From Klebsormidium nitens (Eukaryota; Plantae; Klebsormidiophyceae): a DNA stretch of 64,000 bases. A program made the translations under genes and the position numbers. This document shows positions 13,063-24,381 of the stretch, piece after piece (the first letter of the stretch is position 1; every line of letters begins with the position of its first letter). The notes beneath the pieces are model-generated. The model did no database searches and was not told the DNA's origin. It saw only the letters and a program-made list of their open reading frames with translations. The stretch is taken from NCBI GenBank assembly GCA_000708835.1, contig DF237011.1, forward strand, positions 124,001 to 188,000, in the 5' to 3' direction.

Positions 13063-16000
13063 CTACTTAAGCCGCCCGCCCTGGAGGAAGAAATCTTGCA
13101 GAACCAGGGGGGTCACCATGCCGCACATTTGAGACCCCGGCGGGGGGGCGGGGTAGACGCCGGACGCGGGCTTAATGTTGATCACGGTATTCTGCGAAAG
13201 GGGCAGAATGAAAGCTGTCAGAACCGCAGCATGACGTAAGGTGACAGCCGTTTCGCTTCAAAGAAGGTGATCTAGTGACGCCCGCAATGCCAGTCAAATG
13301 ACGTCAGAAGACCTGAGGGGAGCGCATTCTCACCATGCCCATGATGTGCACGTGGGAGATGAGGTGGCGGTAAGGATACCACTCAAACGAGGTCATTTGG
13401 TGAAATCAGCAAAGCGGGTCAGATGACGTCAGAAGACCCGAGGGGCGCGCATTCTCACCATGCCCATGTGCATGTGGGAGATGAGGTGGCAGTGGAAGAA
13501 CCAGGGCCCCGGGTTGCTGGCGACGAATCGAATATACGTCCAGCCATACGCGATGAGCCCGACCGTCGAGCGATACACGGGGTTCACGGTGTTGAGCTTC
13601 GCCGTCGAGCCGTTGAAGTTCTCGCCCGCAGCGGAACCCAGGACCCAAAAGTCCTGCCAAGCGGAACCAACATGTTAGCGCTTGCCGAAGAGTTGAAAAG
13701 CCACTACAAGAACCTTTATCAGGAGCGTCTGGAGAGACAAGAACGCGTTCGCTATTTAAGCGAACAAGCTAAAGCTGCGCAACAAGAGGAGAAGAGAAAC
13801 TTTCCTTTTTCTTACGGAATCAGGGTTTCTATCTGCTCCTATACAAGTAGCTGATCATGACAGTGGATGTTCTGAACAGGGCAAAGCACCCATTCACAGC
13901 TAGTCGTAGGCTTCGAAAGTAGATATCCAGTCCGAGTAAGCGGGACGATCTGAGAGTGCGAAAAAGGTCAACTAGCAAAGAAAATTTGGCGGGGCGAGGA
14001 CGAAAGAGAGCGCTTCTGGTGAGAGCAGGGGGTTGCTTTGCTTGCAGAATGTTTCGATGTGCGGACTGTAACTCGACCGGGTCACAAAGCGAAGAAAGGC
14101 CGGCGAAGCAATTAGAGACAGAATAATTTTGATCTCTTTAGTAAGAACACGACCGATAGTTGCTTCGTTTGCCAAGATGCTACCAAGCGCGATCGAACCA
14201 GCCTCACAGTCTGAGAACATTGTAGCAGGCAGATCTTACGACGGAAGCACCCTTCGAAACGATCTCTGCGTAACTCCATAATGACCCCGACCGTTCGCAT
14301 CTCTACGTCCCGTCAGCAAAACGCGAGCGTGACGTCAGCGGTTCCTCACCATCCCGTGCAGGTGCCACGGGTGCGGGTCGGACGCGTTCACGAGCGTCAC
14401 CCCGTTCTGCAGCACGACGTCGATGACGTCACCCTCGTTCACTTCGAAGACGCTCTGACCGGTGGCTAGGGTGTAGTTGTCGGGACTCCCGATCGTTTTG
14501 ATATAATTGTACGTCAGCGGGGGCTGATCGGAGATCAGCCCGGTTGTGTAGCCCCCGGTCATGTTGAAGAAGAGCGTGTGGGTGATGGGAGTCTGCAAGA
14601 AGGCGTTGAAAAGCGGTCCATAATCGAGGTTACTTTCCGCTGTGGTCCTAACAGTCAAAAGTGTTGAAAGATCTCGGACCGGTCTGTTTGCTCCACTGAT
14701 GCTCTCTACACGAGATCTGAACCATGACACATGACCTAGGTACTTTGAGTGTATCTAAGAGTAGGGAGGGTTGCTGGCGGGGCCTAAGCGGACTTCGTTG
14801 TGAAAGCCCTTTTGTTTGTCATGGCTTTCAGGCTTCTTAGACGGGGAACCTAAAAAGCATCATCTGGTGAAAACGAAGATGTGCTCGAAACCGCTTACAG
14901 TTCCCGAGCTGGCTAACGTCAGCTTACCATGGGGTCGACGTAGGCCACTCCGTTGAGGACGTTCCGCTTCCGGCCGTCCACCCGATTCTGCGAGTTGACC
15001 AGGACTATCTGGCGGGTCGGGTTCTGGGCCACCGGGTCCGTCAGATTGGAACCGCCGAGTGACGTGTACAGGTTTTGCTGCAGGGAAAGCATGACGTCAG
15101 CAAAGTGGTTCCAGAGGGAAACGGTGTCAGGAATCGTTAGGGGTCGGGTCCTGGGGCATCGGCTCGTCAGGTTGAGCCGCTCAATGAAGTATACAAATTT
15201 TACTGCAAGGAAAAAGGAAGCATACTCTGCCAAGTCACCGACATTTCCTCACCTGGGCAAGAGTGAAATTGATTGCATGCCTCACGCCGGTTGCTGCGCC
15301 ACGAGTGCCGACTCGTTTCCGGTCGGGAATCCGCTGCGTCTCTACGCTGTGACCAGACTTTGCTGGTCAATATAACTCCACTGACGCGTCAAATGTGAAC
15401 CTAAATTTTTGGAAAGGCTAAGCATATAAGTCGCAATTGTGCGAGGGTAAATTTTTGGTTGTCCCACGCCGGTTGCTGCGCCGCGAGTGCTGACGCGTTT
15501 CTGGTCGAGAGACCGCCGAACTTCTGCCTTGAGCAAAACTACTGCTTTCTCAACTCTTCGTTCATGAACTAAAATGGACAAACATTTTCAGATGCATAAA
15601 CTCTCACATGTGCGAGGGTAAAGTTTTGGTTATCTCACGCCGGCTGTTGCGCCGCGAGTGCTGACGCGTTTGTGGTCGGGAATCCGCTTTTCGTGACTGC
15701 ATTTTCTGGTTAAAAATTATCCACCAACGCGTAAAACGTGACATATAGTGAGTACATGTTTGGTAAGTAGAAGACTATAAGCGTACCTGTGCGAGGGTGA
15801 AGTTTTGGTTGTCCCAAGCTGGTTGCTGCGCCGCGAGAGCTGACGCGTTTGTGGTCGGGAGACCCGCCGGCGCGCCCGCGTATTGCAGCGCCCATCTGCC
15901 GGGGGGAGTGTTCGGTCTACGGCCCCGGACGGTCACCGTGATCCAGTAATTGGCCACCGGCTGGTCCGCGGTGATGAGGACGTCATAACGCTGGCCTGGC

Positions 16001-19000
16001 GTCAGCAGAATGTGACATCAGTACAGAGTTCAAAGTCAGGAGGCGTTGGGCAAGTGGTTGGCTAACGTCTTCGAGCAATCAAAGTGGCTCAGAGGTCAAT
16101 ACCGGCTGGTCCGTGGTAATGAGCACGCCATAACGTTGGTCTGACATCAAGGGAAATACAGAATCAAGTATCGCTATGTGGTCAACTGGAACGGCTGGTC
16201 TTGATCTCCTTTCCTTTCGAGGACTCCAAGAGAGGGCGTCAGCTGATGAGTGACTGGTTAAACCGGTCACCCTTGGTGGAACTTCTGAGTAGACCTCGAG
16301 CGCTGACATTTTCGTAGGGCGTCCGCAGTAGACGTGACCATGACATCAACTGCGCGCCACATTGCCCGCCGAGGGTCCAAGTATAAAAGCGACGTTTAAA
16401 GATTGGGACCTCTACACTTAGATGAAGAAAATCGGGGATACGCATGGAATTGCTGAGCATATTCAAAACACTATAAAAGATTCTGGTACTTTGTAATTGA
16501 GTACGACACCACCTGCAGCTCAAAGCTTGGAACCTCACCTGCCCACACGTCGAGGTACTTGACGGAGACGGGCGTGACGTAGTTCGCGTCGGCGGCGACG
16601 ACCGTCATGTTGTGGCCTTCGATGGCGATGTTGAGGAAGCTCAGAGAGCCAGTGTTGACGATGCGCAGCCTGTCGAAAATATACCAAAGGGGATTTGGCT
16701 CTTAACCAGGGATGCTTATGGGCTGGCTATGGGCTGGTTTGAAACTGGTTGACTGTCGAATAACCAGGATTGGGCGGAAACCAACTTTTGAACGAGGTTA
16801 AGGGGCCGGTTGTTCGTCCGATAACCCGAGGACGCAGTGTCAGCCTAGTTAGCAGCCAAAACCTCCTGTGGACGGAGTTCGATATGGGCACCGATCAATC
16901 AATCAGAACTGCCTGGTCCGGTAGGACGATTCATATCTTTGATAGCATTTCACACTCTTCCGCGCGCCAGAGGCTTTTGAGTTCGCGAAGGAAGGAGCTT
17001 TGACTTTGGCGTTTCGTGCAATACTGAGAGTATTTTTAAGGTTTTTGAAGAGGACCAAAACACAGTTGTGTCCTGAAAGTTTCGAAGAGGACCAAACCAT
17101 AGATGGAAGCAAACAGAGGGCGAAAATAACCACAAGCGTCTTCCGGCGGTTGGTCTCAAGGGTGTCCAAGTCAATCCCTCGTGCTTTCTTGATTGACCAA
17201 TCGGACAAACGATGAGAAGTACGTTGAAATTGGCAAACATCGCTCCTACTTTTTGAGGGCTATCTTTTTTAAGTGCTTAGGAAGCAAAACGCATGTCTGA
17301 AGATTGACGTTGGGTTACCACGTACACCAAAAGACGTTCCAGCCGGGCGCGTACCTGTGGGTGCTGTTCGGGGTAATCGGTCCGATGACGGTGTTGGGCG
17401 AGCATTGGGGTGACGTGGTGCTGCAATTGAGGGCGTCACCGGCAGAGTACGCCGCAGGAACGGAGGCAAGCAGGCTGCAGTTGTACTGGCCACGGCCTGG
17501 ACGAGACCATATGGGTTGGGTTAAAACTTCGCTTCAATTTTAAGCTTCGAGTTGTAGTGTTCCAGTTTAGCGCGTCTCCAGTAATTAGGCTGCGGGAATG
17601 ATTGGCACGCAAGCTGCACTTGCACTAACCACGCCACCCAATATACATTCGCTTATAGATTTCGAACGCGAACCCGAGTCTTGCAGAAGATGACCCTCGA
17701 GATGTTTAGGTCAACCGCGTCTCTTGCAACTAGGCTGCGGAAAACTGACGAGCCGGCTGTACTTGTACTAGGGCACGCCGACCCAAAACTTTGTTTCCTG
17801 GCTTCGAACACGAAATGCAGTCTTCCAAAAGCGGAGCGGACTTCCAAAATGGAGTTACTCATACATAATTCTTCAAAATAACCTGGCACAAGTCTGCCGC
17901 GCTGATGTAGCTGAAGCATTCCGCGACTCACCGTTCAGAAGGAGCGACTGTGGCTCTCCGACGAACCTGCAGTACGAACGAGACGTACCTTGTCAGCAGT
18001 TTCTCTCGGATGCAATTTGATTGTCCGGGGAAAACTGCGCCCTATGCTGTTCAGAAATAGGAGCCGGTGAGCGGATCCGATGCCTTCGCAAGGTTTGACG
18101 CCACCTGAAGACTCATTCCGCGATTAAAGGACGCCCTCCATCGGCCTCATGAGGACCGCTTCTGAATGCACTGGGAGTCTGACGTGGGTTTCTCAAGGGC
18201 ACCCAGCTGAGTCGAGCTAATGCGAGCGGTGCAACCAGTTGCTTAGCCGTCCGACTCGGATAGTTGATTTTTCGAACTTGGTCCAGAAGTTTTTCATTGT
18301 TCAAATAGAACGATCTTACAACAGTTGGACGCCACAGACTCACCTTGAATCGGACGCCGTGCTGCCACGAGTCTTAAACAGCAGGATGCTTTCATTGTCC
18401 GAATGGAACAACCTTATTGCCATTCGGACGCCTCAGACTCTCCTGAAATCGGATGTTGAGTTCAGAGGAATGTCCAGCCCAATGAACTGGTCCTGGTGCG
18501 AGCGATGCCACCAGTCGTTCATCAGTAGCATGCTTTCGCTGTCCGTAAAAATTGTCCGAACGCATCCAGACTCACCTGAAGTCGGACGTCGGGTTCTGCG
18601 GAATGTCCAATCCGATGAACTGGTCCTGATGCGAGCGATGCCACCAGTCGTTCATTAATAGCATGCTTTCGCCGTCCGCTTGGAACGGCTCTGTGTCGCC
18701 AAAGGCGGGGTTTGGGCGCACGACGAAGGAGCCGTAGAAGCCCTCCGAGGAGTGGCCCGCGTTGTGGCCGTGCCACCAGAACGTGCCGACCTGCAAGGGA
18801 AGGGGAGATTTAGCCTCTAGCTTACAGGCGCGGGATGTCTGAAGGAATCCCAGCTTCTTTCATCTGATGAACCCAAGAACAAGGGGCCGTGACAGATTCG
18901 AGCTCCTTACAGCTACCAGAAGCTATGGTAGAGTAATGTAACCGGTGTCAAGACGTACAGACCTCTAGAGAGAGAGACGTTTCGGGGTGGGGCAGAGTGT

Positions 19001-22000
19001 TTACCATGGGGAAAGGGAGCAGATGAAGGCGAGTTTCGGGGGACTATATTGCCAATGCTGCAGACTGTGCCCCTTTCTGGAAAGGTGATTTCGTTTGTAA
19101 GGATACGTTGGGACTCAGTCCCCAGATCACCCTACAGAGGAATGGACCTCGAAGTCGATTGAAATCTAGCCCAATGTGGAAAAGGGGTGTGTCAGAAAAG
19201 TGCTCCGAGTGGATCGGACTTGAGGTTAGGATTACCTGGAAACGCTAGCTCGGTATCCAAAACGTTGAGGGGCAGCCTTTGGTGCTTGGCAAGAGAACGT
19301 AAAGAAGGATGGAGTGACAGAGGGACCGGGTATTCGTTCTGTTAACCCTCAACCTGTTGAGGCCTGTTCCCTAAGCAGCCTTCTTGACATCCTCAAGGCC
19401 TTTCTGTCAAGCAAGCAGCAATTCGTCTCCTCCAGAACTCCACAAACATGGTTTTCTAGTGCATCGAAATTGGACACTGATAATCTCCCTGAAAGCCTTC
19501 TTGTCATACAAGCAACACAGAGCAGCTTTTCGAAAGATAATGGGAGCAAAAACACGTCTCCAATGCGCTGAAGATTGGGTCTTGCTTCTCCAGGCAAACT
19601 TGTCAAATGAGCAACACAGGTGTATACACAGGAAGGTTTGGCTGCTAACCAGGTTCGATAACCAGATTTCAGTCTGGTTCTTTTAGTAATAACCGCGTTC
19701 TAGCCATGTTTAAAACCTGGTAACTGCTCGGGTCTGGTCATGGGACATTTAACCAGCTTCGAATCAGCCCGTAACCGACCGTGATTAACCGGTAAAAAGC
19801 CCTGTGACGTAGGCTTCCCTGCAATTCAAAAGGAGCACAACTTCTCTTCAACGTTTATGTAACAGCTGACCTGATCCGGAACCGTGAAGTTGTAGACAAA
19901 AGTCTCGTGGGGCAGGATGGGGCAGTGGCTGACATAAGCGGACCCGTCCATGTAGGCCGATCCTCCTGTCTGGAGGATGCCATGCCAATGGATGCTGCAA
20001 CAACAGGGAAAACGCGCGGTGTCAAGATACATCCTGTTCATAAACATAAGCTACTGGTTCCTAAGAGCCTCTTTTCAACCTCCCGGCTTTTACAGATTCT
20101 GCTCCCTGATGTAGAGAAAAGGAAGCGAAGTCCTTCTGGTCATTTGACCAGATCCAGACCGACCTCTGCGAGGCAGATGCAGAGCACCGAGAAACATTGA
20201 TGCTTGATCTCAATTCTTTGTTGACACCACAGCAAACCTTCTGCTTCTCGTGCTTCTAATCACCGTTCAGCGAGTCAGATGGAGATGCTTGATCAGGATA
20301 CATAACTTCTCCCCATTTCTACAAGGAATCTTATGTAAGACGAGCACTTCCAGAATCTGAGTGTGCTCAAGCACCACAGAAGCGAGTAGAAATGGAGACC
20401 TGGAGGCATAAGCCCGCCCTTGAAGAAGCCCTCCCTCTGGCAAAAATGCAAGTGTGTGAGCCCTGCCCCTGATCCCAGGAACCAGCTCAGAAGAACAGAA
20501 ACCTTGGCATTGCTCATGGAGATCCAAATCTGACATCAGGTGTAGCTCAAAGATGTCTACAACGTGAAGCTAGCCAGACCCATCGGTTCCAGAACATCTC
20601 CTCTCAATCAGAGCCCTCAGCTTGTGCTGGAACAAGGTAGATTATGATGTCTTATAACCTGACATTGCCCAAAGGGTTCCCATGTGAAAGACCTTCTGGT
20701 GCCTAGTCCGTTAATCATTGACAGTTATTGCTGAGAAGATACTACAAGACGGGCTGTTGTTTGTGTTTTGTCCTGCTTCACGTTGATTAGCATCCACCAT
20801 CCCTCCTCCCTACACATGTCCCAGCAATGCTTGACCTCCACCCCCCACGATAGCAAAGGCCTGGTCTGACCTTAGTATGGACTACCTAGAAGCTCACAAG
20901 ACCATGTCCTATTCCAGATGTGTGTCAAGGACCTGAAAGAGGGGGGTAACCTGTCTTGACCATGTCCTACTCCTGCTTGTTCTGAGGAGCTTACAAGGGG
21001 CTTACCTGATTCCTTCTGAGTACAATAGTTAGCGACTCTGCCGCTGACACGCTCCCCCTCGCATGAGATCAAGAGCTGATCCGCAGAACCATGTCCCTCG
21101 ATGGTCTATGAAGCTTGCTCTATGAAGTTGACTTTCATGTGATCGAAGACTTACCTAATTTTCTCTGCGTACAGGTTTTTTTTGTACTTTTACAGTGACA
21201 TAGTCCCCTCGCATAAGATGAAAAGATGGTCCACAGAACCATGTTCTCAATTAACTTGTTGAAGACAGCTGACTCTGATGACTGAAGGCTTACCTGAAAC
21301 CCTCTGCGAACAGCTGGTTTGTGACCCTTACAGTGACATAGTCCCCTCGCATAAGTTCAAAAGCTGGTCCGCATAACCATGTTCCGTAATCAGCTTACTT
21401 ATGAAGTTCACTGTGATGACTGAAGGCTTACCTGATTCCCTCTGCGTACAGCTGGTTGGTGACTCTGACAATGACGCGGTCCCCCCTCTGAACATCGATG
21501 GCTGGGCCAGGGTACTGGCCGTTAACGACAATGATGGACCTCTCCACGCAGTCAGGGGCCCAGAATGCATAAGAGACCTGCATAATGGAGACATTAGTGC
21601 GAGTAAGGCTGTGTTAGAACGATTCTGCCCCAGGCTGCTGAGCTCGGAGTTATTTCTTTCTTGGGAACCGGGAGAAAGGTTGTTGGAGTGATCCATCATA
21701 CACCTGGGACAATGCAAGGATAGTAAGAAGGGCAGAGCATGATGGGTGAGTGGTCAGTTTGAAGGCAGGGGACTTTCAACTGTCAGCTCTCGGCTCAAAG
21801 ACATGGTGCATCTTTCAACCGATTGTCCGACTAGGGAATGTGGAAAGAGTCCATGGGCGCAAAAGACTTCAGCAGCTTATTGGCCCTCGTACCTAGCATT
21901 TGCGCGTCCAAAAGTCAGAATTGGCAGTGACTATTGTATGATGCTCTGTCGTCTCAAATATATGATTGTGCGCCTCTTTGCAAAGAAGTTAGACAAAACT

Positions 22001-22690
22001 GGTAGAGAAGACAGGAACGACGTCATAATCAAAACAGAGTCATTATGCATTTCCATGCACCCCAGCACGGGGTTCTAAAGCAAGCACAGCGCATTTGCCC
22101 AGTTTAACACGTAAATGTAGCTCAATATGCATAAAAGAAAAAGATGTGCCTACGCCGCTGACCCAGCTGCAATTGATATTGGAACCTTCTCTTAAAAAGG
22201 CACTTCAGTATTCTACTCTATACACACTCTATAAGGCCAATTGCAGCCGTTGTCATTTGGCCACAGCAAAATGTGCTTTCCTCAAAGTTGCTTGGTTGAA
22301 TTTCGAAGGGTCTGACTATAGAGACAGGTCCTTTCCTGCTTAACTGTTTAACACGTTCTACCCCTTCAGAGAAATTGGGAGAGGCAAGCAGTGTTGCAGG
22401 GTTCTGTCCGTTCTATGTCCATCTCCATTCTCCATTCGTTCTATTTCCATCTTCCTTCTGCAAGGTTTGCAGAGACAAGTTCTGGTGACTCCTTCCGGGG
22501 GATCCCTGCATTATGCTGAGGAAGCTCTAGTTGAAAGAAAGGTGGTGGTCGCAAAGCTCACCGTGAAATTGTATTCCTTTGTGTTGCCCGAGACTTGTGG
22601 GGGGTAGCTGGCGGTAGCCTGCTGCGCTGCAAGCAGCAAAGCCAGCGTTCCGAGCAGAAGGGCTGCTGCAGGTAACACGCTGCATGCCAT
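13063..22690 (-). CDS. Secreted multicopper oxidase, L-ascorbate-oxidase-like, 615 aa, 12 exons
   Basis: Exons 22690-22562, 21577-21432, 19994-19871, 18790-18576, 17966-17932, 17496-17355, 16669-16539, 15995-15787, 15077-14928, 14592-14350, 13653-13459 and 13191-13063 join in frame (1848 nt). Signal peptide present. Copper motifs HWHG, WWHGH, HPWHLHG and HCHLISHMHMGM. AO-like segments WAPDCVE, NDWWH, GEPQSLLLNGRGQYNCS, RPNTPPG. Confidence 0.93.
15240..16145 (-). repeat. Echoes on both sides of oxidase exon 8: three donor-side copies and one acceptor-side copy
   Basis: 3'-half copies have junctions at 15608, 15437 and 15253 (real 15787). A 5'-start copy reading DQRYGVLITTDQP has its acceptor at 16140 (real 15995). 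Confidence 0.92.
18330..18670 (-). repeat. Donor-side echoes of oxidase exon 4
   Basis: A copy of the ESMLLMNDWWHRSHQDQFIGLDIP...SDFR coding sequence has its junction at 18443, where GT is mutated to GA. A more decayed copy is at 18344. Confidence 0.9.
20995..21490 (-). repeat. Tandem 138-149-bp repeat: 3' half of oxidase exon 2 + donor (four copies including the real one)
   Basis: ag|gtaag junctions at 21432, 21294, 21155 and 21006. Confidence 0.9.
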
Positions 22691-24381
22691 GAGAGCGGAC
22701 GGCGCTTCAGCAGCAAAACTTCAGGAAGGACGCTGTGATAGAGTACCAGCGAGCTCCTTCGGAGCGCAAGTGGTGGTTGATAATGCAGAAGCGACGCCCT
22801 GTGAAACGCATTTGAAACGCTTTCAACCAGCTGCATGCTCTGTCAACAATACCATTTTCAACTTCAAGCTCAGGTGCTCGAGCTGGTACTACCTTATACC
22901 GGTATTGAAAATATGCAGGCAGGCTGCAGCGAAGTTGCTGAACTCCAGAGTCCAGACTCCAGTCGCGAAGAAGACGCGACTCAGCTGAGTCCGACCTTCC
23001 TGAGACTGACCAGTGACGTCATGTCGTCGTGACGTCTGTACCTATTTGACGATCCCTGCAGCGAAGGTCGTCGCCAATGATGAACATTAATACACGTTGA
23101 CGACTCATCATTGTGACTTGAGTACGTTATTGTACGTGCCATGTGGCAACTCCTTTGTTTCCTAAGGGGCTTGTCTCCCGTAGGTATGTAACTTCACTAG
23201 TTTCAACTGCGACGTCATCTAGTTAAGGACCTGCCAAACCTAAAACCCTAAGGTCAAACTGAGAGCAGTAACCGGGTTTGGACGATACCCTAAGGCGTTC
23301 CGCCATAGCCCGCCGGTGCCCACCCTAACCCCCCAACTAACCCCACCATCAGTCGGTTGCCCTCCAGTAACCCTAACATCCCCCGAGTACTCCGTCTCCC
23401 TGGAATCAAGTGCCCGGTTGAACACTGTACGGTACCAACCATTTTCGACACGGTAGCGTACCGCCGCAGTGTTCACCATAGGTACCCGTGATGTCATGCC
23501 TACGTTGCAGTTGAAACTGTGAAATTACATACTCTACTGGATTCTTGGGCCAAAATTACTACCCAAATCGCGGATGTTGGATTTTTGGGTCAGTTTTTGT
23601 GCAAAATGCGAAGAGATGTCCAATATCAGCCCAAAACTTTATTTATTATTTTCTGCCGACCGACCGACCAACCCCAGAAGGGGGTGGACCGGAAACAACA
23701 TATTGACTTCGTGTGGCATTAACGCAACTTGCAAGCTAGTAGTACTAGGAGGTGGACGGACCCCTGGACAGACCACCAGAAAGTTCCAATTAATTAGAGC
23801 TCCATTACATTAGGCCGGTTCGGTTGGAAATGCTGACGTTGTCCAACGGAACCGGCCTTTACATGGCAAAGTTGCGGGCCCTCGCGGTTCGGGGCCCGAT
23901 CGGCGGTCATTGCCCCCCGAAAGTTCGAACTATCTCCCAGAATCGAGGAACCGCGAGCAGCGTTGACCAAAGGACCTCGGGTAGGTCCTTTGGTCAACGC
24001 TGTTTCCGGTTCCTCGATTCCCGGAGCTTGTTGTGGTTTGATGTGGTCCGGCAGTGCAGACCGGAATACTTGCACCGCAAGACTCAGACGACGTCACCGT
24101 TCTCCGGTAAGACTTCTTTTCGCAAGAGGGGGGTCGGCACTGCTCCGGACCGAGCCAGCCCAGGCTTTGGAAGGCCCAACCGGCGCCGTTGGCTTGATGA
24201 CGTTTTTCCAACCGAACCGGTCCAATGTAATGGTGCTCTTTAGAGAAACGCGGAGAAGTAAAAAGCCCCTTCCCCACATTGCCAGCAGCTGTTCTTTGTG
24301 TGTTTCCTACGAAGAACGGTTTCAAAGGTGATGCGCAGGAATCCGGTTCTGGAAGGACTAATATCAGCCTCTTAGCTAGCC
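22691..24381. promoter_or_regulatory. Divergent intergenic region (oxidase / LEA2), containing a MITE-like element
   Basis: Inferred from head-to-head start codons only. Confidence 0.5.
23797..24238. mobile_element. MITE-like foldback element (~440 bp) with long terminal inverted repeats and a central hairpin
   Basis: Termini gagc(t/a)ccattacatt(a/g)g(g/a)ccggttcggttggaaa in inverted orientation. Internal arms 23941-23977 and 23983-24019 match 34/37, with a perfect 20-bp core and a 5-nt loop. Flanks are tta / ttt, an imperfect Tourist-like TSD. Confidence 0.7.

Noticed and set aside
13063-22690. Lignin-type laccase
   Set aside because: The WAPDC, DWWH, GEPQSLL and CG-tail segments and the axial Met are ascorbate-oxidase-like.
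23235-23390. Interstitial telomere
   Set aside because: Only scattered CCCTAA-like words, with no tandem array.
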